DNA of 64,000 nucleotides from Octopus sinensis (lineage: Eukaryota). The notes beneath the pieces are model-generated. The model saw nothing but the letters and a program-made list of their open reading frames with translations. It made no database searches and was not told where the DNA came from. The position numbers were made by a program, and so were the translations under genes. The stretch is taken from contig NC_043000.1 of the NCBI RefSeq assembly GCF_006345805.1, forward strand, positions 22,320,001 through 22,384,000, given 5' to 3'. Numbering within the stretch: the first letter of the stretch is position 1; each line of letters starts with the position of its first letter. Shown piece after piece: positions 23,991 through 37,879 of this stretch.

Positions 23991-26417
23991 TTCAGTTAAT
24001 ATATCTGTTTAAAGTTAAATAAATAGAAGTCTAGTTTAGAAATTATACTGCAGTGACATATCAAAGTTTAATAACATAGTATAAAAGTTATTTTTTTCCA
24101 CAGTAAAATATTTTCACACACAGATATACACACACACACACACATATACATACATGCACATACATATAGAAACACACACATACATATGTATTTATATATG
24201 TGTGTGAGTGTGCACATGCATATGTGTATGTGCATGCACACATAAAGAACTCTCAGAATAATTTGTGAAAAACACTCAGAACTAGTTTCGACTTCTATTT
24301 TTCAAACTTTATTTACATATGTGAGGAGAGGAAGTCAGTTTCTGAAAGATGTAATGCTAGATTGTGCCTTAAAGTCTCGGGGAAAAAGATAGGGTGAGTG
24401 AGAGATAAGTAGGTCAAGGATGGGACCATTCTGTTTACATGAAGAACAGAACTAAGAGAAAAAGAGAGAAACAGAAAAGAGCAAAAAGCAATTTTTGATG
24501 CATGTTTCAAAAGATAAAGAAACTAAATCTTAATTTTATAATCTAAAAGTTTCTGGTACATTCCACTAAAGATTGCCCTCATTATCATTGCCAGGGAGAA
24601 GTGAATAGTAGATATATTCTCTCCATTTTCAGATTTTTATTTCATATTTGATTATTTCATTCAGAATAATGATAAGATTTCTGTTGATGGTGACTGTAGG
24701 AGAGATGTTGAAGATGCCAACATCTCTGGTTTAAATATATTTTTCACATAATGGCAATTGTGGCTGATGCCAGTGCTCCCTGATTGGCACCCACGCCGGT
24801 AGCATGCAAACGGCTGAAAGTGTGGTTGATGCCAGTGCCACCTGACTGGCTCCCATCCCGGTGGCATGTAAAAAGCACCATTTGAGTGTGGTTGATGTCA
24901 GTGCCACCTGACTGGCCCCCATGCAGGTGGTAGGTAAAAAGCACCCACTATGCTCTCAGAGTGGTTGGCATTAGGAAGGGCATCCAACTGTAGAAACTTT
25001 GCCAGATCAGATTGGAGTCTTGTGCAGCCTCCCGGCTTGCCAGTCCTAAGTCAAACCGCCCAACCCATGCCAGCATGGAAAGTGGATGTTAAATGATGAT
25101 GATGATGTACAAACATACACATCAATATACATGCAAAATATTCTCAGTGGAGTTGGTACACAAAACCTTTGACTAGCTTCTTTATTTGTATTTCAATTAA
25201 TACCAATCATATATTTCTTACATTGACTGAAATTACACAACTTCCATGACCAATGTGAATCACCAGACAACTTTTTAGAACCCTAATAGATGAAAAGTTT
25301 CATTTTAAAGGCTAACGCTATGTGTTGTGGCTTTCATTTATTAAAGTTACAAAGAATTAATCATAAGACAGAACTTTCAAAATTAAAAAAAGAAACTTTT
25401 TATCAAAAGGCTTATAAAGTAAAAGGATAAAAGAACATTAAAATAGTCGTAGAGGATGCAGCAGAAAAATCTCCCATATTTTACATAACCATTACTCTGG
25501 TGCTAGTGAGGTTAGCCAGATGGTAATGGTGTCCTTTTGTAGCTAATGTTTTACCATTTCGTTTATTATTACCATCATGGTTTGAACTAGTGTACATTAT
25601 GCTTTTGCTGTTGAAACATTTGTAAACCTATAAGATGTGTGAGTTTTTTATTTTTCTGCACAGTCACAAGACACAATCAACCCATCACACACATCACAGG
25701 CATGGCTGTGTGGTAAGCAGTTTGCTTCCCAACCATATGGTTCTGGGTTCAGTCCCATGGCATAGCACCTGGGGCAAGTGTCTTCTACTATAACCTCAGG
25801 CTGACCAAAGCCTTGTGAGTGGATTTGCGAGACAAGGCAATGACTACATCACAGAGGCAATGACCAAGGCTATTGGCAGTCTCACAGAGGCAATGACTAA
25901 GACCTTTGGCAGCTTCGCAGAGGCAAAGACTGTGACCTTTGGCATTATGTTGTGCTTGAGAAGAAGACCCATAAAGCCAAGTAAAATTACAGTCATGGCA
26001 GATACCAGTGTCACACAAATGGCACATAAAAGCACCCATTACACTCTTGGAATGGTTGGCATTAGGAAGGGCATACAGCCATATAAACCATACCAAAACA
26101 GACTGGAGTCTGGTGCTGCCTTCCAGTGTGCCAGCCTTGGTTAAACTGTCCAACTCATGCCAGCATGGACAACAGACATTAAATGATGATGATGATGATG
26201 ATATGTATATATGTTTTTGTGAATCTAGCTGTTCAACAAAAGAGATAGATAGAATAAGTACAAGCTTTAAATCAAAAATCTAAGTATTGGGGTCAATTTG
26301 TTCAACTAAAATTTCTTCAAGGCAGTGTCCCAGCATGGCCACAGTCTAATGACTAAAATAAGTAAAAGAAAGAAGAAAAGATATATATAAACCTGTTATT
26401 TTATAAACTATAGGTGG

Positions 26418-26890
<473 letters not shown>

Positions 26891-29800
26891 AATTATTCAT
26901 AAAAACTATAGCAAAATGTAAAAGATAAACGACGAAGAAAATACTGAAATAACAGACTTCCAGTCACTTGGAGGGCAGAATACAGCTAATAAACAATCAA
27001 AAATATAAATGAAGAGAAATAATAAAGATTTTCATTAGACTCAGAATAATTTTTGTGGAGAAAGTGGAATTGACAGAAAGTGCACCAGTATATTACTGGT
27101 ATTTTATCAGCCCAAAAGTGATGAAAGTTAAATTTAGTGTCAAGTGGGATTCCAAAAGTCAGTGGGTGGGTGAAACTAAATACCCTACAACATTGAGTTC
27201 AGCATGTTACAGTCTTGGCACCTCTGCTGTCTTGAAAATTAGGAATGTAACTGGGATCCTATTCAAGGTGAGATGTTAAGGTAAAATAATCTAGAACGAA
27301 GGGAAGATTTTAGAACACTTATCTCTGAAACCGAGTTTATTTCTGGATTTTATGGTTATTTGATTTGTTGTAACTCCCAAATTAATGATAATGACATGTT
27401 TATTTAATCAGCAAGAGATATTGATATGATAAACCATGATATAATTAGAATTACTAAATATAGCTGTGCTGATACAAATATGCATCTCAGCAACAGAAGA
27501 CTATCAACAGAGCATCTCTGAAATACAATAGTCCTACTTCATTACTACTTTCCACTTATTCAAGTTACACTGCAGCTACAATGAGCTACAGTTTGTTTGG
27601 CAGTCGTTATTTTACTTGATACTGTACCACAAGGCAAAAGCAGGATCCAGGAATTCACACAACAGAAACATTAAGATTTCAAACAGTAGCTTTGGGATTT
27701 CCATTCTGACAGCTCTTTTAATTACAGAATAAATGTGTTAAATTCTAAAACAGCAGGACTAATGTAGAATGTTGTCTGGGTGCAGTTTTATAAATCCCAA
27801 AAGGATTTTCTTAACTCTATTCACAATAATATTTGAACTTATTACTCTCATCATCATCATCATCATCGTTTAGCGTCTGCTTTCCATGCTAGCATGGGTT
27901 GGACGATTTGACTGAGGTCTGGCGAACCAGATGGCCGCACCAGGCTCCAATCTGATCTGGCAGAGCTTCTACAGCTAGATGCCTTTCCTAATGCCAACAA
28001 CTCTGAGAGTGTAGTGGGTGCTTTTACGTGCCAGTCAGGCGATACTGGCAATGGCCACGCTCAAATGGTGCTTTTTATGTGCCACTGGCACGAGGGCCAG
28101 TCAGGCAGTACTGGCAACACTTAATGAAACATGCAGTAACTTTACAATATGGAAATTAAAATAAATTATATTATATTTCACTTATGTTGCATTACTCTTT
28201 TACTCTTTTACTTGTTTCAGTCATCTGACTGCGGCCATGCTGGAGCACCGCCTTTTAGTACTTATTCTATCGGTCTCTTTTGCCGAACCGCTAAGTAACG
28301 GGGACAATTATATCATGCTATAACTGGATACAGCAGTGCGATATATTTATCACACAATTATTTTCAGTTAGCTTTTTAATGCTCACTCCATTAATTATGT
28401 TAATGCTAACTTAGCTGCTTAATATTAAATTAGACAAGGTCAGACATTTCCATGTTGGAAAGCTATAACGAAGGCTATATATTAACTATCTGATGAGGCA
28501 AAATTTATTATTCATTCATACATACTTACATACATATATACAATACATACATACATATATACATACATCCAGGCACAGGTGCAGCTGTGTGGTAAGAGGT
28601 TTGCTTCCCAACCATATGGTTCCAGGTTCGGTCCCACTGTGTGGCAAATTGGGCAAGTGTCTTCTACTATAGCCTTGGACTGACCAAAGCATTGTGAGTG
28701 GATTTGGTAGATGGAAAAAAGACCATTGTATATCATCATCAAGATCATCATCATCGTTTAACGTCTGTTTTCCATGCTGGCATGGGTCGGATGGTTTGAC
28801 TGAGGATTGGCAACACAGTAGGTTGCACCAGGCTCCAATCTCTTTCTACAGCTGGATGCCCTTCCTAACACAACCACCCCAAGGGTGTGGTGGGTACCTT
28901 TTATGTGCCACCAGCACAGGAGCCAATGCGCGCGCACGTGTGTGTGTGTGTGTATGTGCATGCACGTGCGTGTCACTGTATCTCTGTTTGTTCCCCCATC
29001 CATAACTTAGCAGTTTGGCAAAAGAAACTAATAGAATAAGTGCCAGGCTTAAGAAGAAGTAAGTGTTGGGGCTGACTCATTAGACTAAGAATTCTTCAAA
29101 GCAGTGCCCCAGCATGACCGCAGTCTAATGATTGGAACAAGTAAAGAGTAAAAGGAAAGATATATATAAGCTTGCTTCCCAACTGCATGGTTCCGGGTTC
29201 AGTCCCACTACGTGGCATCTTGGGCAAGTGTCGTCAACTATAGCCTTGGCCAACCAAAGTCTTGTGAGTGGATTCGGTAGATGGAAACTGAAAGAAGCCC
29301 GTTGTATATATCTGTACATAATTATTTGTGTTGTTGTGTCTGTTTGACCCCCCCACCCCGTGCAAATCGCCTGACAACCAATGTTGGTGTGTTTACATCC
29401 CTGCAACTTAACAGTTTGGCAGAAGATTATGATACAGTAAGTACCAGGCTTACAAAGAATAAGTCCAGAGGTTGAGGTCTTTGACTAAAAGACAGTGTTC
29501 CATCATGGCCCCAGTCAAGTGACTGAAACAAATAGAACAAAAGAATATAACTTGTTAGTTTATAAAGTACTAGCAATAACACACATGTATATACTTCGCA
29601 TATTCCCGGTGCACCCGCCCTTGCCCACCCCCACCACCAATACCGGATATCTCTATACTTTTGCTCCATCTATACCGGATGTCGCTCCTCCCACCACCAT
29701 TATAGGTGTCTACTCTTCGAACCCCCCTCTTCAATACGCTATTTCACCATGCATTACCCCTCTCTTGATATCCTACGTTCTACTTGCCTAGAACCTGTCA

Positions 29801-30670
29801 TCATTTCTCTGAACCACCCCTCCCCACTGGTGCTCCCCTATATATTTCTGCCCCCCCCCCACATAAAAGCACCATCCAAACGTGGCCGATGCCAGACCCC
29901 TCTGGCACCTGTGCAGGTGGCACGTAAAAAACACCCACTACACTCGCGGAGTGGTTGGCGTTAGGAAGGCATCCAGCTGTAGAAACACTGCCAGACTAGA
30001 CTGGAGCCTGGGGCAATCCCTAGCTCCCCAGACCCCGGTCGAAACCATCCAACCCGTGCTAGCGCGGAAAACGGACGTTAAACGATGATGATGATGATGA
30101 TGATATATATATATATATATTACATACAGGCTTCCACACAGTTACCACCGACCAAATTCATTCACAATGTATTAGTTGGCTTGGCGTTATGGTAGAAAAG
30201 ACTTCCGCTCTGAGTCAGGCTCAAACTCACAACCTCTGCATCTCTTCAAACTTGTGAATTAATGCCAAGAAGGTATTGTCTATAAGAATAGCACTCTAAC
30301 TAATTAATCAATAAACCGTTTGACTTATGCAAGCATGGGAAAATGGACATTAAATGATGATGATAATGATGATGAAATAGTGTAGGAAAACCTTATCAAC
30401 TTTGCACCCATGAAAAAAAAACTGGTTTGTGAATGGAAAAGCTTAAAGTAGCTTATGAAATGGTGTTTAATAGGTGGAGGGATGGCTGTGTGATCAGGAC
30501 AATCGTTTTGGAACCAAGCGGTTAGGAGTTCAATCTCACTGTATCAATTAATGTCCCATACCATAGCAGTGGATTGACTAATGCCTTGTGAGTGTGTGTG
30601 TGTGTGTGAGTGCATCTGTATTTTTCTTCATTGCTACAGGTGTTTGTTGTTTGTAAACAAAAGCATCAGG

Positions 30671-31512
30671 CCTATATTTAAGAGATGAGGAATTATGTAC
30701 ATTATTTCCATTTGATGGATATTTGTTCTCATCTTGTTTGTTGTTAACACAACATTTCAGCTGATATACCCTCCAGCTTTCATCAAGTGTCTTGGGGAAA
30801 TTTCGAACCTGGTTTCTCATTCCTAAGGTATTTTTCGATGTTGTTGTTGTTATTATTATTATTATTATTATTATTCAGGTTACTGCCTGGAATAGAAAAA
30901 TATTTACACTTTGCAAATATCTCCTTCGAGTAAAACCACCAATAGAAGAGAATATGACCAACGACTGTGTGTACTCCATCCCATGCAGCTGTCGTAGGTT
31001 ATACAAAGGTGAAACATGCCGCCTCATCAAAATAAAGGTAGACGAACATCGCAAAACTGTGACACAAGGAGATATTGATAAATCGGGTCTAGCTGATCAT
31101 GTATGAAAAAATGGAGACACCTCCCCCTGTGGGATGAAGTTAAAATAATAGAGAGAGAACAACACTGGAAAATACGAAAACTAAAAGAAGCAGCACATAT
31201 ACAACTTTCTAAGCAGACCGAGTGTAGATATGAGTAGCATATGGGAACCGGTATTAAGGAAGGATAGGAAAATATTAGATTTATAAGCCCTAAAATTCAC
31301 TCCATAATTGCCCACAGGTGTAGTGGTTAAGTGCGCGGGCTAATAACCCCAAGATTCTGAGTTCGATTCCAGGCAGTGACCTGAATAATAATAATAATAA
31401 TAATAATACCACCACCTTAGGAATGAGAACCCAGGTTCGAAATTTCACATCAGCCGAAACACTGTGTTAACAACAAACAAGATGGGGACAAATATGTGTC
31501 AAATGTAAATAA
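30671..31512 (+). mobile_element. 5'-truncated Penelope-like element: GIY-YIG endonuclease C-terminus flanked by inverted pseudo-LTR-like repeats
   Basis: CVYSIPCSCRRLYKGETCR..K.DEHRK..KSGLADHV, PLWDEVKIIEREQHWKIRKLKEAAHI and SRPSVDMSSIWEPVLRK (stop at 31284-31286); 30671-30892 is the reverse complement of the repeat at 31310-31512. Confidence 0.85.
30746..30791 (-). ncRNA. Minimal type I hammerhead-ribozyme-like motif (family 1)
   Basis: Minus strand GACAC-UUGAUGA-A-AGCUG-gagggtatat-CAGCU-GAAA-UG-UU-GUGUU: stem I GACAC/GUGUU, perfect 5-bp stem II, core C3>U variant. Activity not shown. Confidence 0.6.
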
Positions 31513-31772
31513 AAGAATCACTGTCCATACAAGCTATGTTGTTTGCTTGCAGTCCAGGCATCTCGACATGTTGCACAAACTTCACGAAACAAAAGACACA
31601 ATGAAATGGTGTTGTTTGTTTCCAGTTCTCTGTGTAATTAAGTCTGAGCTGTTTGTTATTTATACACTGGAGAATTTATTACCTGGCCTGGAAACAGCTG
31701 AGAGTTGATGCTAGGAAGGAAATCTGGTTGTAAAAAAAATACTCCAGCATAGATTCATCTGATCCGCATGCT

Positions 31773-32099
31773 GAGACCCCCTTCGGTCATGACTGACCAT
31801 GGGATTGCACCTAGAAAGTTGCCCTCCCAGGCACAAGTCCGGGCAAGGTTGTTTATGGAAGACCAGCAGTCGTCCATGCATACCGGCCTCCCTTCTCCAC
31901 ACCACTAGTGTTATCCGAGGGAAAGGCAAGGGCCGATACAGCTTGGCACCTGTGACATCGCAACTCATTTCTATAGCTGAGTGAACTGGAGCAACGTGAA
32001 ATAAAGTGTCTTGCTCAAGAACACAACACGCAACCCAGTCCAGGATTTGAACTCACAACCTCACGATCGTAAGCTCGATGCTCTAACCACTGAGCCATG
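31773..32099 (-). mobile_element. tRNA-headed SINE, same family as 9078-9414
   Basis: Direct high similarity along the whole length. Confidence 0.8.
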
Positions 32100-33446
32100 T
32101 AAGCAAAGAAAAGTAGCCATTAAAATGCTGCTGCTGATGATGATTATGATGTGTCAGTTTAAACAACCCATCTGGATTATTTCACACACAATATTAATAT
32201 ACTTCAGGGCAGCGAGGTGGCAGAAACGTTAGCATGCCGGGTGAAATGCTTAGTGGTATTTTGTCTGTCTTTATGTTCTGAGTTCAAATTCCGCCGAGGT
32301 CAACTTTGCCTTTCATCCTTTCGGGGGTTGATAAATAAAGTACCAGTTACGCACTGGGTTGATGTAATCAACTTAATCTGTTTGTCTCCTCTATGTTTAG
32401 CCCCTTGTGGGTAGTAAAGAAATAGGTATTTCGTCTGTCTTTACTTTCTGAGTTCAAATTCTGCTGAGGTCGAATTTACTTTTCATCTTTTTGGGGTCGA
32501 TAAATTAAGTACTAGTTGTGTACTTGGGTTGATCTAATTGACTGGCCTCGCTCCCCCAAAAATTTCGGGCCTTGTGCCTAGAATAGAAAAGAATATCAAT
32601 ATACTTCAGTCATGGCTGTGTGGTAAGAACTTTGCTTCCCAACCATGTGGTTCTTGGTTCCATCCCATGGTGTGGCCTGAAGCCAACCAAATCTTTATGA
32701 GTGGATTCGGTAGACAGAAACTAAAAGATGTCTGTCATGGGCATCCAACCATAAAATCCATGCCAAAATAGACACTGAAGCCTGGTGCAGTCTTCTGCTG
32801 AACCAGCTCCTGTCAAACTGTCCAACCCATGCCAGCATGGAAAGCAAATGTTAAATGATAATGATGACGATGTGTGTGTGTATGTGTGTGTGTGCATATG
32901 CCTGTGTGTATGTGTGTGTGTGTGTCTTTGATCCCCACTACAGCTTGGCAACCAGTGTTAATTTGTTTATGTCCCTGTAACTTAGTGTCTTGGTCAAGAA
33001 ACTGATAGAATATGCACCAAGCTTTAAAAAAAAAAAGTCCTGGTGGGTGGAGGATTCGCTTGACTGAAATTCTTCAAGGTGGTGCCCCAGCATGGCCACA
33101 GTCTAATGACTGAAACAAATAAAGATAAAAGATAGCAAGAGAGGTGAATTGCAAAGAATGGTGGAAACAGGGTGAGTGACAGATGTGAAGAGAAATGGAA
33201 TGAGGTCACTGGACCATGTCCTGAAGAAAGGGGAGAGAAGTGACGGAAATGAATGCAAAATGAAGAAGAGGAAGGGGAAGACCAAGAAGGACATGGTTAA
33301 TAAAAGCAAAAGGGTTGAGAAGGGGCCTTGTAGAAGATAGGGCAAAATAGGAAAGATTTTTACAGGGTTTGCATGATTTAGTAGGGAAAAAATGGCCTTG
33401 AAACACTTATATACAAGAATGAACAAATAATTCATACTCTATTTAA

Positions 33447-33666
33447 ACCTTTCGTTACTGTATTTATTTTGAGATGCTCTGTGTTTATTTCAATTACTTT
33501 AAATATAACAAAGAATTTAGTAAAATAATTTAGTTATTATTAAGCTAGTGTTAGGAACATAAAGTGTGACTAAGGTTTGGTGGAAAATTTTAATTCAGAA
33601 CTTATGAAAAGAAGACATTTGTACTCAGAGCCAGAGCCAGTTTCAGCCGGGTTGGTAACAAAAGGG
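33447..33666. mobile_element. piggyBac-like MITE, copy 1
   Basis: TTAA-flanked; ends ...ggtaacaaaaggg|ttaa; body nearly identical to 33733-33957. Confidence 0.65.
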
Positions 33667-33686
33667 TTAAATTAAACATTTATTAA

Positions 33687-33957
33687 CTCTTTTGTTACCA
33701 AATTTCTGTTGAGATGATCAGTGTTCCTTTCAGTTAAGCCTTTCATTACTGTATTTATTTTGAAATGCTCTGTGTTTCTTTCAATTACTTTAAATATAAC
33801 AAAGAATTTAGTAAAATAACTTAGTTATCATTAAGCTAGTGTTAGGAACATAAATTGTGACTAAGGTTTGGTGGAAGATTTTAATTCAAAAATTATGAAA
33901 ACAAGACATTTGTACTCAGAACCAGAGCCGGTTTCAGCCAGGTTGGTAACAAAAGGG
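33687..33957. mobile_element. piggyBac-like MITE, copy 2
   Basis: ttaa|ctcttttgttacc ... ggtaacaaaaggg|ttaa terminal inverted repeats with TTAA target. Confidence 0.7.
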
Positions 33958-36900
33958 TTAAATTGCCCAACCTGTTCAATATTGCAGCTAACTCTCCCTC
34001 ATCAAACTACTTCAGTTGTTTTTACAATGAAGTCTGCTTATTACTGCAACACTCCTACATCAAAGTCAAAATGTCTATGGCTAAAACACTGATCAATTGA
34101 TTCCTCAATCAGTTATCTTTGTGGCAGATCTACTGAAGTAAACATCACGGCTACTCAGCAACAACAAGTCATCATTTTATGTCTTTATTTTCCTTCCTGT
34201 ATAAGAAATATTCAACAGGAAATGGCATACAGATATTTTAGCTTATTCATTATCTATTACTAGCAAAACTATTTTGGGGAAATGTTTGTGCAGTAGGGAC
34301 AGGCAGAGCTGAATGATTAAAAAGTTCACTTTATAAACCATGTGATTCTGGGTAAGTTTCCCCGTATGGCACCATAAGCAAGAACCCTCGCCTGCAATCT
34401 ATAGTGTATTTTAGGAGTGGAAAATTAGGAGATGGAAACTGCATAGATACTCATTGCATACATACACAAGTGCAGTACATTTGCAGAAACCCAATGTGTC
34501 CCAGTATGAAAATATGTATTTTATTATAATATAATGTCAGAAATGCTATTGTTTTATTCACTTACTCTACATATAGGTGCAGGAGTGACTGTGTGGTAAG
34601 TAGCTTCCTTACCAACCACATGGTTCCAGGTTCAGTCCCACTGCATGGCACCTTGGGCAAGTGTCTTCTACTATAACCTTGGGCCAACCAAAGCTTTGTG
34701 AGTGGATTTGGTAGACAGAAACTGAAAGAAGCTCATCATATATATATATATATATATGTGTGTGTGGGGGGGTTGTCTGTCTGTGTTTGTCCCCCCACCA
34801 TCGCTTGACAACCAATGCTGATGTGTTTACATCCCTGTAACATAGCAGTTTGGCAAAATAGACCAATAGCATAAGTACTAGGCTTACAAAGAATAAATCC
34901 TGGGGGGCGATTTGTTTGACTAAAGGTGGTGCTCCAGCATGGCCACAGTCAAATGACTGAAACAAATGAAAGAGTAAAAGAATATAGATATTCATGCACA
35001 CACAAGTGTGTGTATGTGTGTGTGGGGGGCTTATACATTGGATTGCCTCTCTTTACATTAAAAGTTAACTTAGAAAATTGACAAATAGATATTGATAAAA
35101 GAAGTACCAGACTAAAGTAAGTACTGGAGTTGATATGATTGGCTAAAACCTTGGAAGAGAGTGCTCCAACATGGGGAAAATCTAACAATTGAGACTGGTG
35201 AAAAACACAATATAATTTCACATTAGAAAAAAAAAAGAAGTTAAAATAAAACTCAAGCAATATTTTATATTAACTTCAAGACATTCTCACTACAAGGAAA
35301 TATTTTTCAAATTTTAACACAAGGCCAGTAATTTTTGTGGAAAGTGGTAAAACAATTACACTGACCCCCCAGTGCTTGACCAGTACTTAATTTATTGACC
35401 CCAAAAGGAAGAAAGATGGATGAAATACCACTAAATATAATGTCCAGTGTGCCAATAATTCTGCCAGCTGACCACCCTGTTACAAGGATATATTAATAAT
35501 TCAATCATTATTATTGATATTAACGTTCTGAAGGAAATGCTTTTAATAAATAAATAATGGTGTGACTTTTTAACCAAATTATCTGAAACAATCTAAGAAC
35601 ATTTTGAAATATTGTAGCTTCATAATTTATTGAAAGAAGAACATGTAAAATATAGCACTCCTGTTGAAATTCCAGATTCATGAACAAACCACAACAATTA
35701 TGGCGTTTTTGATTGTGGAGGAAGGAAGTTCAAACCCAGTTTTAGGTAAGTTATTCATGTGATCTATCCAACAGAGATAGAGGTGAAGTTGAAAAAATGT
35801 AGTGAAAACATTCTCATGTCGGACTGACTCAGATTTAATTTTAGTAACCAATAATCTTGGAAAGATCAGAAAATAAGAATTTCATTTTACGTCACAGAAC
35901 GATTTGTAAGTTTAGAAAATCTAGAAGTGAATCTAGTAAGTCCACACTGGAAGTTATTTTGTACAATTGAAATGGTGCCAAATTAGCTACTACTTTGAAC
36001 TAATGCCAATATGTCACTCCATAATTGTTTGGTTACAAGTTTAGTGACTTTCTAAAATGAATGATGCAGGGAAAGAAACAATTGATTTGTTTTTTTTTTT
36101 AAATCTCAAAAGATCAATAACTTAGGTCATCATCATCATCATCATTTAACGTCCGTTTTCCATGCTAGCATGGGTTGGACGGTTCGACAAGGGTCTGTCA
36201 AGCCATGTAGGTTGCACCAGGCTCCAGTCTGATTTGGCAATGTTTCTACAGCTGGATGCCCTTCCTAACACCAACCACTCCATGAGTGTAGTGGGTGTTT
36301 TTTACGTGCCACCGGCACAGGGGCCAGAGCTGGCTGGCAAACAGCCACGATCGGTTGATGCTTTTACGTGTCACCGACACAGACGCCAGTCAGGTGGCGC
36401 TTTTTATGTGTCACCGGCACAGGTGTCTTAACTACAATTTCCATTAAAATTTTTATTTTGATGTACTTGGTTAAAAAAGAATTGAAAACCTATATAAAAC
36501 CTCTAAGTCTATACTTTCTATATTTATTCACAAGTAATTCTCAATTATTAACAGAGCATTTCCCCATGCCATCTTTACAGCAGCACCACAGCTTTGACCC
36601 CTGTAGGACCCTCTCAATATTAGTTATTTACCACAACTCTCAAACAAACCTAAATTTCCTATCACACATAACAACAGCCTCCAATGTAATTTGCATTGAT
36701 TTTTCACATTATTACAAATGTGTGGAACAGGACTTATATTTTTCATCTCAGTACATTACTTAGTGACCTTAGAGTGTGATTTGAAGGAGATTTGGTAGTG
36801 ACAAAATCTCCCTCAAGCTACTCCCTTCATTAGTTAATGTGGTTCCATATAATAAAAAGACAAGGTGGTCACAGTTGGAATGCCTTTGATCATTGGGTTG

Positions 36901-37299
36901 CTTGAGGGCGAAATAACAAGCCTATTTTATTGATCTTTAGAGTATGAAAAGCAAAAATCAACTTTGATATGATTTTGATAAACCAGTGTTTTAAGGCCAT
37001 TTTCCCCTACAAGCCCTGTGAAAATCTTTTCTATTTGGTCCTATCTTCTACAAGACCCTTTCTCAAACCCTTGCTTTCATTAACCATGTCTTTCTGGGTC
37101 TTCCCCTTCCTCTTCTTCATTTCACATTCATTTCCAATACTTGTCTTACCTGGCCTGATCACTTTGATCTTTCTTCAGGACATGGTCCAGCCAGCTCATT
37201 CCATTTCTCTTTACACCTATTACTAGCTCCTTTTCCAGCGCTCTTTGCAATTCATTATTCTTGGTATACAGAAGTACATTAATATTTGGAACATATTAG

Positions 37300-37810
37300 G
37301 TGCGAGCTGGCAGAAACGTTAGCACGCCGGATGAAATGCGCAGCCATATTTTATCTGCCGTTATGTTTTGAGTTCAAATTCCGCCAAAGTCGACTTTGCC
37401 TTTCATCCTTTCAGGGTCGATTAAATAAGTACCAGTTACGCACTGGAGTCGATATAATCGACTTAATCCGTTTGTCTGTCCTTGTTTGTCCTCTCTGTGT
37501 TTAGCCCCTTGTGGGTAGTAAAGAAATAGGTATTTCATCTGTCTTTACATTCTGAGTTCAAATTCCACCGAGGTCGACTTTGCCTTTCATCCTTTCATGG
37601 TCAAATTTTGGCACAAGGCCAGAAATTTTGGGGAGGAGGTATGTTGATTACACCGACCCTTGTACTCAACTGGTACTTATATTATCGACCTTGAAAAGAT
37701 GAAAGGCAAAGTTGACCCTGGCAGAATTTGAACTCAGAACATTCAGATGGATGAAATGCTGCGAAGTGCTTTGCCTGGCATGCTAACAATTCTGCCAGCT
37801 TCCCACCTTA
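37300..37810. mobile_element. Two head-outward SINE family B modules
   Basis: gagctggcagaaacgttagc at 37305 (+) and its reverse complement ttctgccagctt at about 37800 (-). Confidence 0.7.
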
Positions 37811-37879
37811 GCCCCATAGCTGTAATATTGAAAAGTAACAGATTGTTATATACAAAATACATTTGAATTCATAGGCACG

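Noticed and set aside
23419-23999. ORFs overlapping the PRMT (23419-23703 minus, 23787-23999 plus)
   Set aside because: Alternative-frame and antisense shadows of the real CDS.
35680-35747. Plus-strand candidate exon IHEQTTTIMAFLIVEEGSSNPVL with GTAAGT donor (also 450-495, DIMSRHFKFESG)
   Set aside because: Weak acceptor, no recognisable homology and no consistent chain of plus-strand exons; cannot be supported without RNA data.
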